Assembly: GCA_033763315.1 (NCBI GenBank)
Contig: JANRKS010000005.1
Coordinates: 160,001-224,000, forward strand
Length of the DNA: 64,000 nt
Reading direction: 5' to 3'
From: Deltaproteobacteria bacterium
GTDB taxonomy: Bacteria > Myxococcota_A > Polyangia > Fen-1088
The position numbers and the translations under genes are program-made. Below, in pieces: positions 48,048 to 56,421 of this stretch. Position 1 is the stretch's first letter. Each line of letters starts with the position of its first letter. A model generated the notes under the pieces. That model did no database searches. It had not been told where the DNA came from and saw only the letters and a program-made list of their open reading frames with translations.

Positions 48048-48482
48048 ATGGAAAAACACAAGCGCAAGCCGATCATAGCGGCGGTCGACGGGTCGCCGCA
48101 TTCGCACAAGGTTGCCGACTTTGCCAGCCGCCTGGCGCATGCCTTCGAAACGCGGTTGGCCCTCTTGCATGTCGTCGAGCCGCTGCCTCACCACATGGTT
48201 TCGTCGTTTGGAATGGCAGCCAACCAGTGGCTGCAGACGCAACTGCGAGAGGGGCAAGCCGTGTTAGACGAGCTGTGCCAAGAGTTGCAGCTTGCAGACG
48301 TGGACAAGATCTTGTCGTCGGGCCCTGTGCCAGAAACGATTTGTGGGGAAGCCGAAGAAGCCAACGCGGAGATGATTGTGCTCGGCGCCCACGGCCATGG
48401 GCCTGTGCCGCGTATCATGCTTGGTTCTGTGGGCGATCGGGTGGCGTCGCTTGCCAGCCGCACAGTGACGATCGTGCGGTGA
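48048..48482 (+). CDS. Universal stress protein (single domain)
   Basis: IIAAVDGS...LLHVV...IVLGAHG...LGSVGDRV. Confidence 0.9.
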   Translation: MEKHKRKPIIAAVDGSPHSHKVADFASRLAHAFETRLALLHVVEPLPHHMVSSFGMAANQWLQTQLREGQAVLDELCQELQLADVDKILSSGPVPETICGEAEEANAEMIVLGAHGHGPVPRIMLGSVGDRVASLASRTVTIVR

Positions 48483-48484
48483 CT

Positions 48485-48904
48485 TCAGCTATGCGCGGGC
48501 CGCTGCTTTATCAACGCTGCATCGGCCCCAGTCTCCAGCACCTGCTGCAAGGCCGCGAGCAGCGCCTTGATGTCCACGGGCTTGGGCAGGACGGCGTTGG
48601 CCCCCGCTTCGTGGGCCTGCGCGATCGTCTGCGGATCGGTAAACGCGCTCACAACCAACGATGGAAAGCCATAGCCGAGCTGGTGCAACGCCGTGATGAG
48701 CTCGGGGCCACTTTTTCCCGGCAACCGGAAATCTGTGATCAGCGCGTGAAATTCATCAACAGGCACCCGGGCCAAGGCGGCTTCGGCCGATTCGGCCACG
48801 GCGGCCAGATAGCCTTCGCCGTCTAGAATTTCAGCCAAATTTTCCGCCAGTTCGGTGTGGTCGTCGACGACCAAGATGCGCCGGTGGCTGTTATTCGGGA
48901 CCAT
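48485..48904 (-). CDS. Single-domain response regulator (receiver)
   Basis: ILVVDD, ITDFRLPG, VSAF and KPV; 10 bp downstream of the globin kinase. Confidence 0.9.
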   Translation of the reverse strand: MVPNNSHRRILVVDDHTELAENLAEILDGEGYLAAVAESAEAALARVPVDEFHALITDFRLPGKSGPELITALHQLGYGFPSLVVSAFTDPQTIAQAHEAGANAVLPKPVDIKALLAALQQVLETGADAALIKQRPAHS

Positions 48905-48914
48905 GAGAAGGCGC

Positions 48915-50090
48915 CTATACTAGCACGACAAACGTGGCCCCCGACGTCTCGTGCGACGTTCGCGGCGCCAGGCCAATCGTGCCTTCGTGAGCCTCAAGGA
49001 TGCGGCGGCACAATGACAGCCCAATGCCTGTGCCCTTGGCTTTGGTGGTGAAAAGCGGCTCGAAGATCCGATGAGCGACGTCCAAGGCCACCCCGGGCCC
49101 CTCATCGTGGACGCGGAACTCCGTCTTGTTGCCCACCGCCTTGGCGCTGACAGTGATGGTGCCCTGGCCACCCATGGCTTGCGAGGCGTTGATGAAAAGA
49201 TTGGAGAACACCTGCGCCATCTGGCCTGCATCGACGCTCACGTGCAGTCCAGGGTCAATGTCTTGCGCGACTTTGATGGTCTCCGGCAGGTTGGCCGCGC
49301 TCACGCCCAGTTCAACCACAGTTGTGGCGAGGGTGCTTTGCCGCGAGGGCGGCCGGTTGCGCGCCAGCTCGAGCAAGTCAGTGATCGTTTTGTTCGCACG
49401 CCGCACCTCACTGGCGATGCGGTCGATGTGTTTAACAACTTTCGGATCGCCCGCTCCGTCCTGCAATCCCAAGCGTTGGCGCAGCAAAAACACGGAGCTT
49501 TCAACCACCCCTAGGGGGTTACGAAGTTCATGCCCGATGCCGGTGGCGAACTGCCCAATCGTTGCCAATCGTTCGGCAGCGCGGTTCGCCGACAGCAACG
49601 ATTCGCGATACGTCTCAAGCATGATCGCCAGCTCCAAATCCAATATCTTTTCAAGCGCGGTCGCGGTTCTGTGGCTGCGCGGTGGGTCGCCGATCAGGTT
49701 TTCATAGACCAAGCTCAACAAGCGCACGCGGATGCGGTTGATCGCCGTGAACATGTACTCTTGTGGCAGCGCGATACGCACATGCATGCGGCCGATGCGG
49801 GCGCGCTTGTCAAAGTAGCTTTCGTCGTGAGGCCCTTTCATGAGCTCACGCAACCAATCCTTGAGCGTGTTCTTGAGCCGGTTGACCTGGTCCGCGCCGC
49901 CGGTGATGGCTTTGCGCGCGTCTTCGTGGGTCAAAATGGCTTCATAAAAGTCATCAACGATCGGGGTCACGTGGGGTTCAACCACGGGGAAAAAATCCAA
50001 CAACAACGCGCTGTCGTTGTCGTTAAAGCGAACGTAGTCCTTCAAACGTTCAAAGAAGCTAAGCTGTGGGGGGACCTGGGCTTCGTCCAT
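48915..50090 (-). CDS. Globin-coupled (protoglobin) O2-sensor histidine kinase, GcHK/NmpU-like
   Basis: LKDYVRF, DDFYEAIL (distal Tyr), RIGRMHVRIALPQEYMF (proximal His), LDLELAIML.TY, GHELRNPL, DEGPG and GTGIGL. Confidence 0.9.
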   Translation of the reverse strand: MDEAQVPPQLSFFERLKDYVRFNDNDSALLLDFFPVVEPHVTPIVDDFYEAILTHEDARKAITGGADQVNRLKNTLKDWLRELMKGPHDESYFDKRARIGRMHVRIALPQEYMFTAINRIRVRLLSLVYENLIGDPPRSHRTATALEKILDLELAIMLETYRESLLSANRAAERLATIGQFATGIGHELRNPLGVVESSVFLLRQRLGLQDGAGDPKVVKHIDRIASEVRRANKTITDLLELARNRPPSRQSTLATTVVELGVSAANLPETIKVAQDIDPGLHVSVDAGQMAQVFSNLFINASQAMGGQGTITVSAKAVGNKTEFRVHDEGPGVALDVAHRIFEPLFTTKAKGTGIGLSLCRRILEAHEGTIGLAPRTSHETSGATFVVLV

Positions 50091-50108
50091 GGTGGCTTTT
50101 TAACAACT

Positions 50109-50124
50109 AGGCGTACATCTTGCA
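50109..50124 (+). promoter_or_regulatory. sigma54-like promoter for the lipoprotein-cytochrome c pair
   Basis: AGGCGTACATCTTGCA (GG-N10-GC, with TTGC). Confidence 0.45.
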
Positions 50125-50160
50125 GTTGGATGGCTTCACAATGCAACAGGTGGTGAATCG

Positions 50161-50457
50161 ATGAATTTCATGCATCCAGCTCTGCCTCGCGCCGTGCTTG
50201 GCGTGTTGCTTACTCTTGCCGGCGCCTGCGGTACAGGGCGTGTGGCCGAATCGGCCTCGCCCAGGCCCGCGTCGCAAAGTCGTTCCAAAGACACGGTGCC
50301 CGAGCGCCTATCGGCGTTACCTGGGGCGGACAAAGAATCGGATCCTGAAAACCAGGAGCGGCGTTTTGGCCTGGGCGCTGCGAAGGCCAAGCGGGAGGAA
50401 GAGGCAGAGCGCAAAGCCGCGCAAGCCAAACGAGCCAATCTGGTGGGCAAGCCATGA
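50161..50457 (+). CDS. Small lipoprotein
   Basis: Lipobox LAGAC; ATGA overlap with the cytochrome c gene. Confidence 0.55.
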   Translation: MNFMHPALPRAVLGVLLTLAGACGTGRVAESASPRPASQSRSKDTVPERLSALPGADKESDPENQERRFGLGAAKAKREEEAERKAAQAKRANLVGKP

Positions 50458-51332
50458 CAGCCATAACGGCCATGACAGCAATGACAGGCTTCATTTTGTC
50501 TTTGTGTTTATCGGCAGGGCCGCAGCCAGCGCCGACGCCTCTACCCGCGCCGTCGCCAACACCCCCCACAAAAGCACCCATCGATCTGGTGTGGATGGTG
50601 GCACCGCCATCGGCCGAAGACGCCGCGCCGCCGCCGCCGAATACAGCGGCGTTGCGATCCAAAGGGGTGGCCTTGTTCACCCAGCATTGTGCTTCTTGTC
50701 ATGGCAAGCGCGGCGACGGCCGTGGGCAGGCCGCGGCTTCGTTGAGCGTTAAGCCGACCGACTTCACCAAGGCGATCTTCAAGGTGCGCTCCACACAGAG
50801 CGGCACTTTGCCTAAGGATGTGGATCTGTACGTCACCTTGTCGCGTGGCATGCATGGCACTGAAATGTTCCCGTGGGCCAAGCTTTCTTCAACCGACCGG
50901 TGGGCGCTGGTGCAAAGGATCAAAGCCTTCTCGCCGCGATGGAAGCAAGAGCAGCCGGGCAGGGCGTTCACCTTTGCCACGCCCGCGCCGAACGAGACGG
51001 ATGCCTTGCGTGCCAAAGGCAAATCGCTGTACGCGCAGCTTCGCTGTGGTGCGTGCCATGGCGTGGAGGGGGCGGCCAATGGTCCAGCTGCCGCACTCTA
51101 TAAAGACCCCAGCGGCCAGCGTCCGGTTTACATCCGCGATTTCCGCAAGGGCCAATTCCTGCGCGGATCGCAGATGCAAGACATCGTGATGACGTTACGA
51201 ACGGGCTTAGATGGCACGCCGATGGGCCCTTACGACGCATTGGCCGAGCCAGATCTGTGGGCTCTGGCAAGCTACGTGCGCGGCTTGGTGTCTCAGCGCC
51301 CTGTGCCTGAACCAACACCTGCGGTGCCATAA
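50454..51332 (+). CDS. Diheme c-type cytochrome
   Basis: CASCHG...GDG...PTDFT...FKVRST...GTEM; CGACHG...GTPM. Confidence 0.85.
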   Translation: MTAITAMTAMTGFILSLCLSAGPQPAPTPLPAPSPTPPTKAPIDLVWMVAPPSAEDAAPPPPNTAALRSKGVALFTQHCASCHGKRGDGRGQAAASLSVKPTDFTKAIFKVRSTQSGTLPKDVDLYVTLSRGMHGTEMFPWAKLSSTDRWALVQRIKAFSPRWKQEQPGRAFTFATPAPNETDALRAKGKSLYAQLRCGACHGVEGAANGPAAALYKDPSGQRPVYIRDFRKGQFLRGSQMQDIVMTLRTGLDGTPMGPYDALAEPDLWALASYVRGLVSQRPVPEPTPAVP

Positions 51333-51391
51333 TCGCGCGCACGCGATAGCGTGTTACGATCCCGCGTTCGGTTTGAACGCGGTGTTCGCCT

Positions 51392-53707
51392 TTGAGATCA
51401 CTTCCGGTTTTCCTTTGCCTGTGTGTTGCGGCGGCCTTTGGCCTGGGCCGCCACGCGCGTGCTGAATCCGCGTTCGCGGGGCCTTCCCTGCCTGCGTTGG
51501 TAAGCAAGACGTTCCACCCCGCAAGCTATGTGCGTTCGTTGGCGCAAACAACCGACGGCTATGTGTGGATGGGAACGCAACGCGGGCTCTTTCGTTTCGA
51601 CGGGATGCGCTTTGTTTTGTTCGCGAGCGATCAAACGCCCGGCATGCCCACGGGAGAGGTCACGGCCCTGTGGGCCACCCGCACCCGCAGCTTGTGGGTG
51701 GGCACCGAACACGGCCTGGCTCTGTTCGAAAATGGCCGCTTCACAAAGCCTGCAGGTATACCAACGCACATCGAAGCTGTGCGGCGTTTCACCATGGACG
51801 CCAACGGCTGGTTGTGGATGGCCACAAGTTCAGGTCTGCTGCAAACGCGCGGCGATGTTTGGGTACACCACGGTGTGGCCGAAGGTTTGCCCACCACCGA
51901 CGTGACCGACGTGGTGATCGATCCAGAAGGTGGTTTGTGGGTGCAAACGAGCCAGGGTCGAGCCAAACGGCAAGGCGATCGCTTTGTGTCTGTGTCGCCC
52001 TCTTTGCAGGTGGGCGCCACGGCGTTGCCACTGCCGCTTTTTGTTTCACGCGCCGTGCGCGACAACATAGCCGCGTGGCAAAGCTTCGCGGGCACCAACG
52101 TCGCAGCGGCACTCGTGGATTCACAAGACGCCCTATGGATTGCGCGGCCCTTTGCGGGTGGCCTGCTGCGCTGGATGGCGGGCCAACGCCAGGTGTTCAC
52201 GATGCGCGACGGTCTTGCCGCAAACGTGCTCACAAGCTTGCTGGAAGACGCGAACGGTGGTGTGTGGGCTGGCACCGCGGGCGGCGGGGCATCGCTCGTG
52301 CAGGCCGCGCGCTGGCGTGAAATCAACCGCAGCGATGGTTTGCCTGGCGACGCCGTGTTCGCCTTGGCCCCGGCAAAACAGGGGGGGGTGTGGGCGGCGT
52401 TGTCGGGCGGCGTGGCACGTGTGGCGCAAAAGCGCGTGCAGGTGTGGCCGGTGGGCAAAGGCTTGCCGCAGTCGTCACCGCGCTGGGTGGCTGAAGATAA
52501 GACCGGAGCGGTCTATAGCGTAGACGTTGAAGGCCACGTGGCCGTTATGTCTGACCCTGCCGCGGAACGAGCGGCTTTTGCAGCTTTGCCCAATGTGCAT
52601 TTGTCTGCGGCGACTTCGGCTTTGTTCGCGGATGAAAGCGGACGCGTGTGGCTCGCTCTTCTTGATGGCCGCGTGGATGAACTAAACAGCGAGGGCGCGA
52701 TCACTGTGCGGCCGTCCGACGTCGCTTGCGCGGGCGCCATCCCTTTGTGTCCATCGGCCGTGCGCAGCTTCGCTCAACGTAGCGCGGGGGGCCTGTGGCT
52801 TGGCACGTTCGCTCAAGGTGTTTGGCGAATGAACGCGCAAGGGCAGCTACAACAGGAGATCTCTTCGGAGCAAATCACCGATGAACCTGTGTTGTCGTTG
52901 ATTGAAGACGATGCGGGCGTGTTGTGGATCGGCAATGCGCGGGGCCTCGTTCGTTTCGATGGCAAACGCGCGCGGCGGTTCACAGCGGCTGATGGTTTGG
53001 CTGCGAGCGCTGTGACAGCGTTGGTGCAAGATGGCGCGGGGCGTGTGTGGGGTGCGGGGCCCGGCGGCTTCTTCTGCGTTCATGAGGCTGGCGCGCCTGC
53101 GGCGGGTTCCACCACGTTCGTTAACTTTGGTGTGGAAGATGGGCTCGCCAATGAAACGTTCGCGGCGTTTGGCATGGGCGCCACGCGCAGCCGTGACGGC
53201 CGCTTGTGGTTCGCAAGCCAAGCGGGCTTGGTTGCCGTGGAAGCGCCTGAAGATGTCTCGCCACCGCGCATACCACCAGTTCTCATCGAATCGGTGCAAG
53301 GCGAGGGCATCGAAGCACGCGTGGTGCTTGCGGAGGACGAACGCATTGAGGTGCCACGCAACGACGTGCGCATCCTTTTCACCGCGCCTGCGTTCAACGA
53401 GGCCCAACGTGTGCGCTTGCGCTATCGTGTGGGCCGTAACCCGCAAGGGTGGGTAGACGTGGGGCCTCACCGTTTTGCGCATCTCGTCGCTTTGCCGCCA
53501 GGCAACATCCTTTTCGAGGTCCAAGCCTCGCGGATCGATCGGCCGGGCGAGGTGCAAAGTGCACGCATTCGGCTAATCGTGTCGCGTCGCTACTACGAAA
53601 GGCCTATATTTGTTGTCGTTATCTTGCTGATCCTAGGCGCTTTTGCATTGGCTTTACGTGCAAAGGTCAAACGGCGCGCTCAACTGAGCGCTAAGGATCT
53701 GCGCTAA
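51392..53707 (+). CDS. Two-component regulator beta-propeller / Y_Y_Y sensor protein lacking a cytoplasmic kinase domain
   Basis: Signal peptide, repeated D..G.LW[IV]GT..GL blades, Y_Y_Y-like domain, one TM helix, then stop after about 15 residues. Confidence 0.8.
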   Translation: MRSLPVFLCLCVAAAFGLGRHARAESAFAGPSLPALVSKTFHPASYVRSLAQTTDGYVWMGTQRGLFRFDGMRFVLFASDQTPGMPTGEVTALWATRTRSLWVGTEHGLALFENGRFTKPAGIPTHIEAVRRFTMDANGWLWMATSSGLLQTRGDVWVHHGVAEGLPTTDVTDVVIDPEGGLWVQTSQGRAKRQGDRFVSVSPSLQVGATALPLPLFVSRAVRDNIAAWQSFAGTNVAAALVDSQDALWIARPFAGGLLRWMAGQRQVFTMRDGLAANVLTSLLEDANGGVWAGTAGGGASLVQAARWREINRSDGLPGDAVFALAPAKQGGVWAALSGGVARVAQKRVQVWPVGKGLPQSSPRWVAEDKTGAVYSVDVEGHVAVMSDPAAERAAFAALPNVHLSAATSALFADESGRVWLALLDGRVDELNSEGAITVRPSDVACAGAIPLCPSAVRSFAQRSAGGLWLGTFAQGVWRMNAQGQLQQEISSEQITDEPVLSLIEDDAGVLWIGNARGLVRFDGKRARRFTAADGLAASAVTALVQDGAGRVWGAGPGGFFCVHEAGAPAAGSTTFVNFGVEDGLANETFAAFGMGATRSRDGRLWFASQAGLVAVEAPEDVSPPRIPPVLIESVQGEGIEARVVLAEDERIEVPRNDVRILFTAPAFNEAQRVRLRYRVGRNPQGWVDVGPHRFAHLVALPPGNILFEVQASRIDRPGEVQSARIRLIVSRRYYERPIFVVVILLILGAFALALRAKVKRRAQLSAKDLR

Positions 53708-53751
53708 CGAGGCGGCTTCGGGTGCAACTGCCCTCTTGAAAAGGTGAAACG

Positions 53752-54381
53752 ATGAACGAGACGAGCATCAAGATTTTAACCGTCGAAGATCACTTCCTGG
53801 CACGCTTGGCGTTGTCCACGCTCATTGAGGATCAAGTCGATATGAAGGTGTTGGGAACCGCCGAAAGCGGTCGTGAGGCGGTGGAAATCTACAGCAAACT
53901 GAATCCCGATCTGGTCTTGATGGATCTACGGTTGCCCGAGATGGATGGCGTCGAGGCTTCGCGCCAGATCTGCGAAAAAGATCCGAAGGCGCGCATCCTG
54001 GTTGTTAGCAACTATGAAAGCGAAGAAGACGTCAGCCGCGCCGTGGAAGCGGGCGCTCTTGGCTATCTTAAGAAAGACGCATCCGGCGATGTGTTGCTGC
54101 AAGCCATCCGCCGTGTGGCCAAAGGCGAACGATACTTTCCGCAAGAGATGCCAGAGAAAAACAATGATCGCTCTGGGCGCTCCACGTTGACGCCGCGTGA
54201 AATCGAAGTGTTGGATCTGATCTTCAAAGGCCGAAGCAACCGCGAAATCGCAGATCTTTTAACGATCGGCGAGGGTACGGTTCGCATTCATGTGAGCAAC
54301 GTGTTGTTGAAGCTGGGCGTCAAGCGGCGCACAGAAGCCGTGGCCGTGGGTCTCAAGCGCGGTTTGCTGCGGCATGAATAA
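53752..54381 (+). CDS. NarL/LuxR-family response regulator
   Basis: VEDH, LMDLRLPEMDG, GYLKK; LTPREIEVL...SNREIA HTH. Confidence 0.93.
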   Translation: MNETSIKILTVEDHFLARLALSTLIEDQVDMKVLGTAESGREAVEIYSKLNPDLVLMDLRLPEMDGVEASRQICEKDPKARILVVSNYESEEDVSRAVEAGALGYLKKDASGDVLLQAIRRVAKGERYFPQEMPEKNNDRSGRSTLTPREIEVLDLIFKGRSNREIADLLTIGEGTVRIHVSNVLLKLGVKRRTEAVAVGLKRGLLRHE

Positions 54382-54589
54382 GGCGCTTGACGGTTGTAAG
54401 CACTTGCCTCATCATCGTGCCTCCATGTTGATTTCCGGTTCACTTGCCAAAACCCGCGCCCACGCGCTGCTGTCCGTTTCTACGGCGGTGGCCTGTGTAT
54501 GGCTGCGCGTAAGCAAGCGTCGGGCAAGCGTTGCTCATGGGAGGAGCATGGAAAGCCAAAGCTGAACATTGAAGTTCCGCTTGATTCCG

Positions 54590-54621
54590 AAACCCTCCCG
54601 CCAACCGCCGGAGGGTTTTTT
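54590..54621 (+). terminator. Intrinsic terminator (possibly an attenuator) upstream of the MFS gene
   Basis: AAACCCTCC pairs with GGAGGGTTT; T-run extends to 54621. Confidence 0.65.
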
Positions 54622-54679
54622 CGTTACGACCTCTGGTGAATCGGCGGTGGGGTTTGGGTTAGCTCTTGGAAGTGTCGTG

Positions 54680-55849
54680 ATGAACCCAGCCTCGAAAACC
54701 GCACCCGCCTTATTGCTCAATCCTGCACCAGCCGCGTCCTTGCTGCAGCCGGCCTTCGTGCGCCTGATGGCCATGCAAGTGGCGTTCGGCTTGTCGTTCT
54801 CGATCTTCTTGATCTTGCCGAAGCACTTGGCGGTCACGTTGCACGCGGGGCCAGCCGCCATCGGCTGGATCATGTCCATGTACGGTGTGGCGAACATCTT
54901 GTTCGCGCGGCCCATTGCTGCGTTCGTGCAACGGGTGGGCCGCAAGCGCGCGTTGCAAGCGGGCGCCTTGTGCGCCACTTTGGGTTCATCGTTGTTTGTG
55001 TTCGCTGACACAGCGGGTGTGCTCGCGGCCTCAGGTCGCTTGTTGCAAGGTGTGGCGTGGGCGCTTGTGTTCACGGCAGGAACGGCGATGGCTGCGGAGT
55101 TGGCGCCGGTGGGGCGCATGGCACACGCGATGGGTGTTTTTGCCAGTGCCGTGTTGGCGATGAACGCGATTGGACCGCCCTTGGCTGAACCTATGTTGAC
55201 GGCCTGGGGCCATCGGCCCGTGTTCGCGTTGGCGTCGATGGCGTCTTTTGTCGCCTTCTTTTTGGCTCGCCGCTTGCCCGCCCAGACAGCAGCCGCTTCC
55301 GACACACCTGCCATGCGAACCCGCTCGCCGTTGCCTCGCGCCTATTTGGCGCTGTGGGTTGTGTTGGGCGTGGCCTGTGGAACGATGTTCACGTTTTATC
55401 AGGCACTCGCGATCGATGCGCACGTGCCGCGTGTGAGCGATTTTCTGCTTGGTTACACCGCAGCGGCGTTGCTGGTGCGTGTGTTTGGTGGGCGCTTTGT
55501 GGATCGCATTGGTTACCGCACAACGTGTCTGTGGACCTTCGTGCTCTATGGATTCGTTGTGTTCGCCATGCGCTGGATGGGACCGCACACGATCGTGATC
55601 TTGGGCGCATGTTTCGGCGTGGCGCACGGCACGTTCTATCCGGCTATGATGGCTTTGAGCGTGGTCACCGTGCCGCCCCAGGCGCGCAGCGCGCTTATGT
55701 CAACGATCAACGTGGCCTACCACAGCGGTGCTATGGCGGTGGTGGCGTTGGGCTATGCCGCCACATACATCGGATTTGAAGCCATATTCGCGTTGGCGGC
55801 CATGGTTACATTGTTGTCACTGGGCTGGCTTCGTCCACGCCCCTCTTGA
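54680..55849 (+). CDS. MFS transporter
   Basis: About 12 TM segments; motif-A-like QRVGRKR and GRFVDRIGYR. Confidence 0.88.
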   Translation: MNPASKTAPALLLNPAPAASLLQPAFVRLMAMQVAFGLSFSIFLILPKHLAVTLHAGPAAIGWIMSMYGVANILFARPIAAFVQRVGRKRALQAGALCATLGSSLFVFADTAGVLAASGRLLQGVAWALVFTAGTAMAAELAPVGRMAHAMGVFASAVLAMNAIGPPLAEPMLTAWGHRPVFALASMASFVAFFLARRLPAQTAAASDTPAMRTRSPLPRAYLALWVVLGVACGTMFTFYQALAIDAHVPRVSDFLLGYTAAALLVRVFGGRFVDRIGYRTTCLWTFVLYGFVVFAMRWMGPHTIVILGACFGVAHGTFYPAMMALSVVTVPPQARSALMSTINVAYHSGAMAVVALGYAATYIGFEAIFALAAMVTLLSLGWLRPRPS

Positions 55850-55881
55850 TCGAAAGCACAGGTGAGGGCAATGTGTGCGCC

Positions 55882-56403
55882 ATGATGAAGAAACAACTTG
55901 TTCTCGTAGCAATGATTCTTGGCACATCGGCCGCCCCCGCCTTGGCTCAAGATGTGTCGCCTGGGGCAACAACGTCCACGTCGTCGGGCGGCACCATCGG
56001 TCTGGGCGCGGAAGCCGGTTTGTTGGGTGGTCCCGCCGGAGCCGCGATGGTTTACGACATGGGACACTTGCGCGTCGATGGCATCTTGGGATTTGCGTCC
56101 GCAAGCGGTACAACCATCGGTTTGGGTGGTCGCGTGCTGTGGGTGTTGCATCAGAGCTCCAACGCCGACTTCGCGTTAGGTGGTGGCTTGGGCCTCATCA
56201 ACCGCAATCCAGATGGCCCCGCTGATAGCACCACAGACTTTCACGTTGAAGGTTTGGCTCAGATCCGTGTGTTCCTTTCGCAAAACGTGGCCTTGAGCAC
56301 AACGTTCGGCTTCGGAATCGATCTCAATGACGGTCGGGACGATGCCTTTGCGTTTGGTGGGCAGTTCCTGTCCAACGCCGGCCTCGTCTACTACTTCCGC
56401 TAG
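55882..56403 (+). CDS. Small outer-membrane beta-barrel protein
   Basis: Signal peptide ending ALA; alternating beta-strands; C-terminal GLVYYFR. Confidence 0.7.
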   Translation: MMKKQLVLVAMILGTSAAPALAQDVSPGATTSTSSGGTIGLGAEAGLLGGPAGAAMVYDMGHLRVDGILGFASASGTTIGLGGRVLWVLHQSSNADFALGGGLGLINRNPDGPADSTTDFHVEGLAQIRVFLSQNVALSTTFGFGIDLNDGRDDAFAFGGQFLSNAGLVYYFR

Positions 56404-56421
56404 ACACGCGCAGCATCGTTT

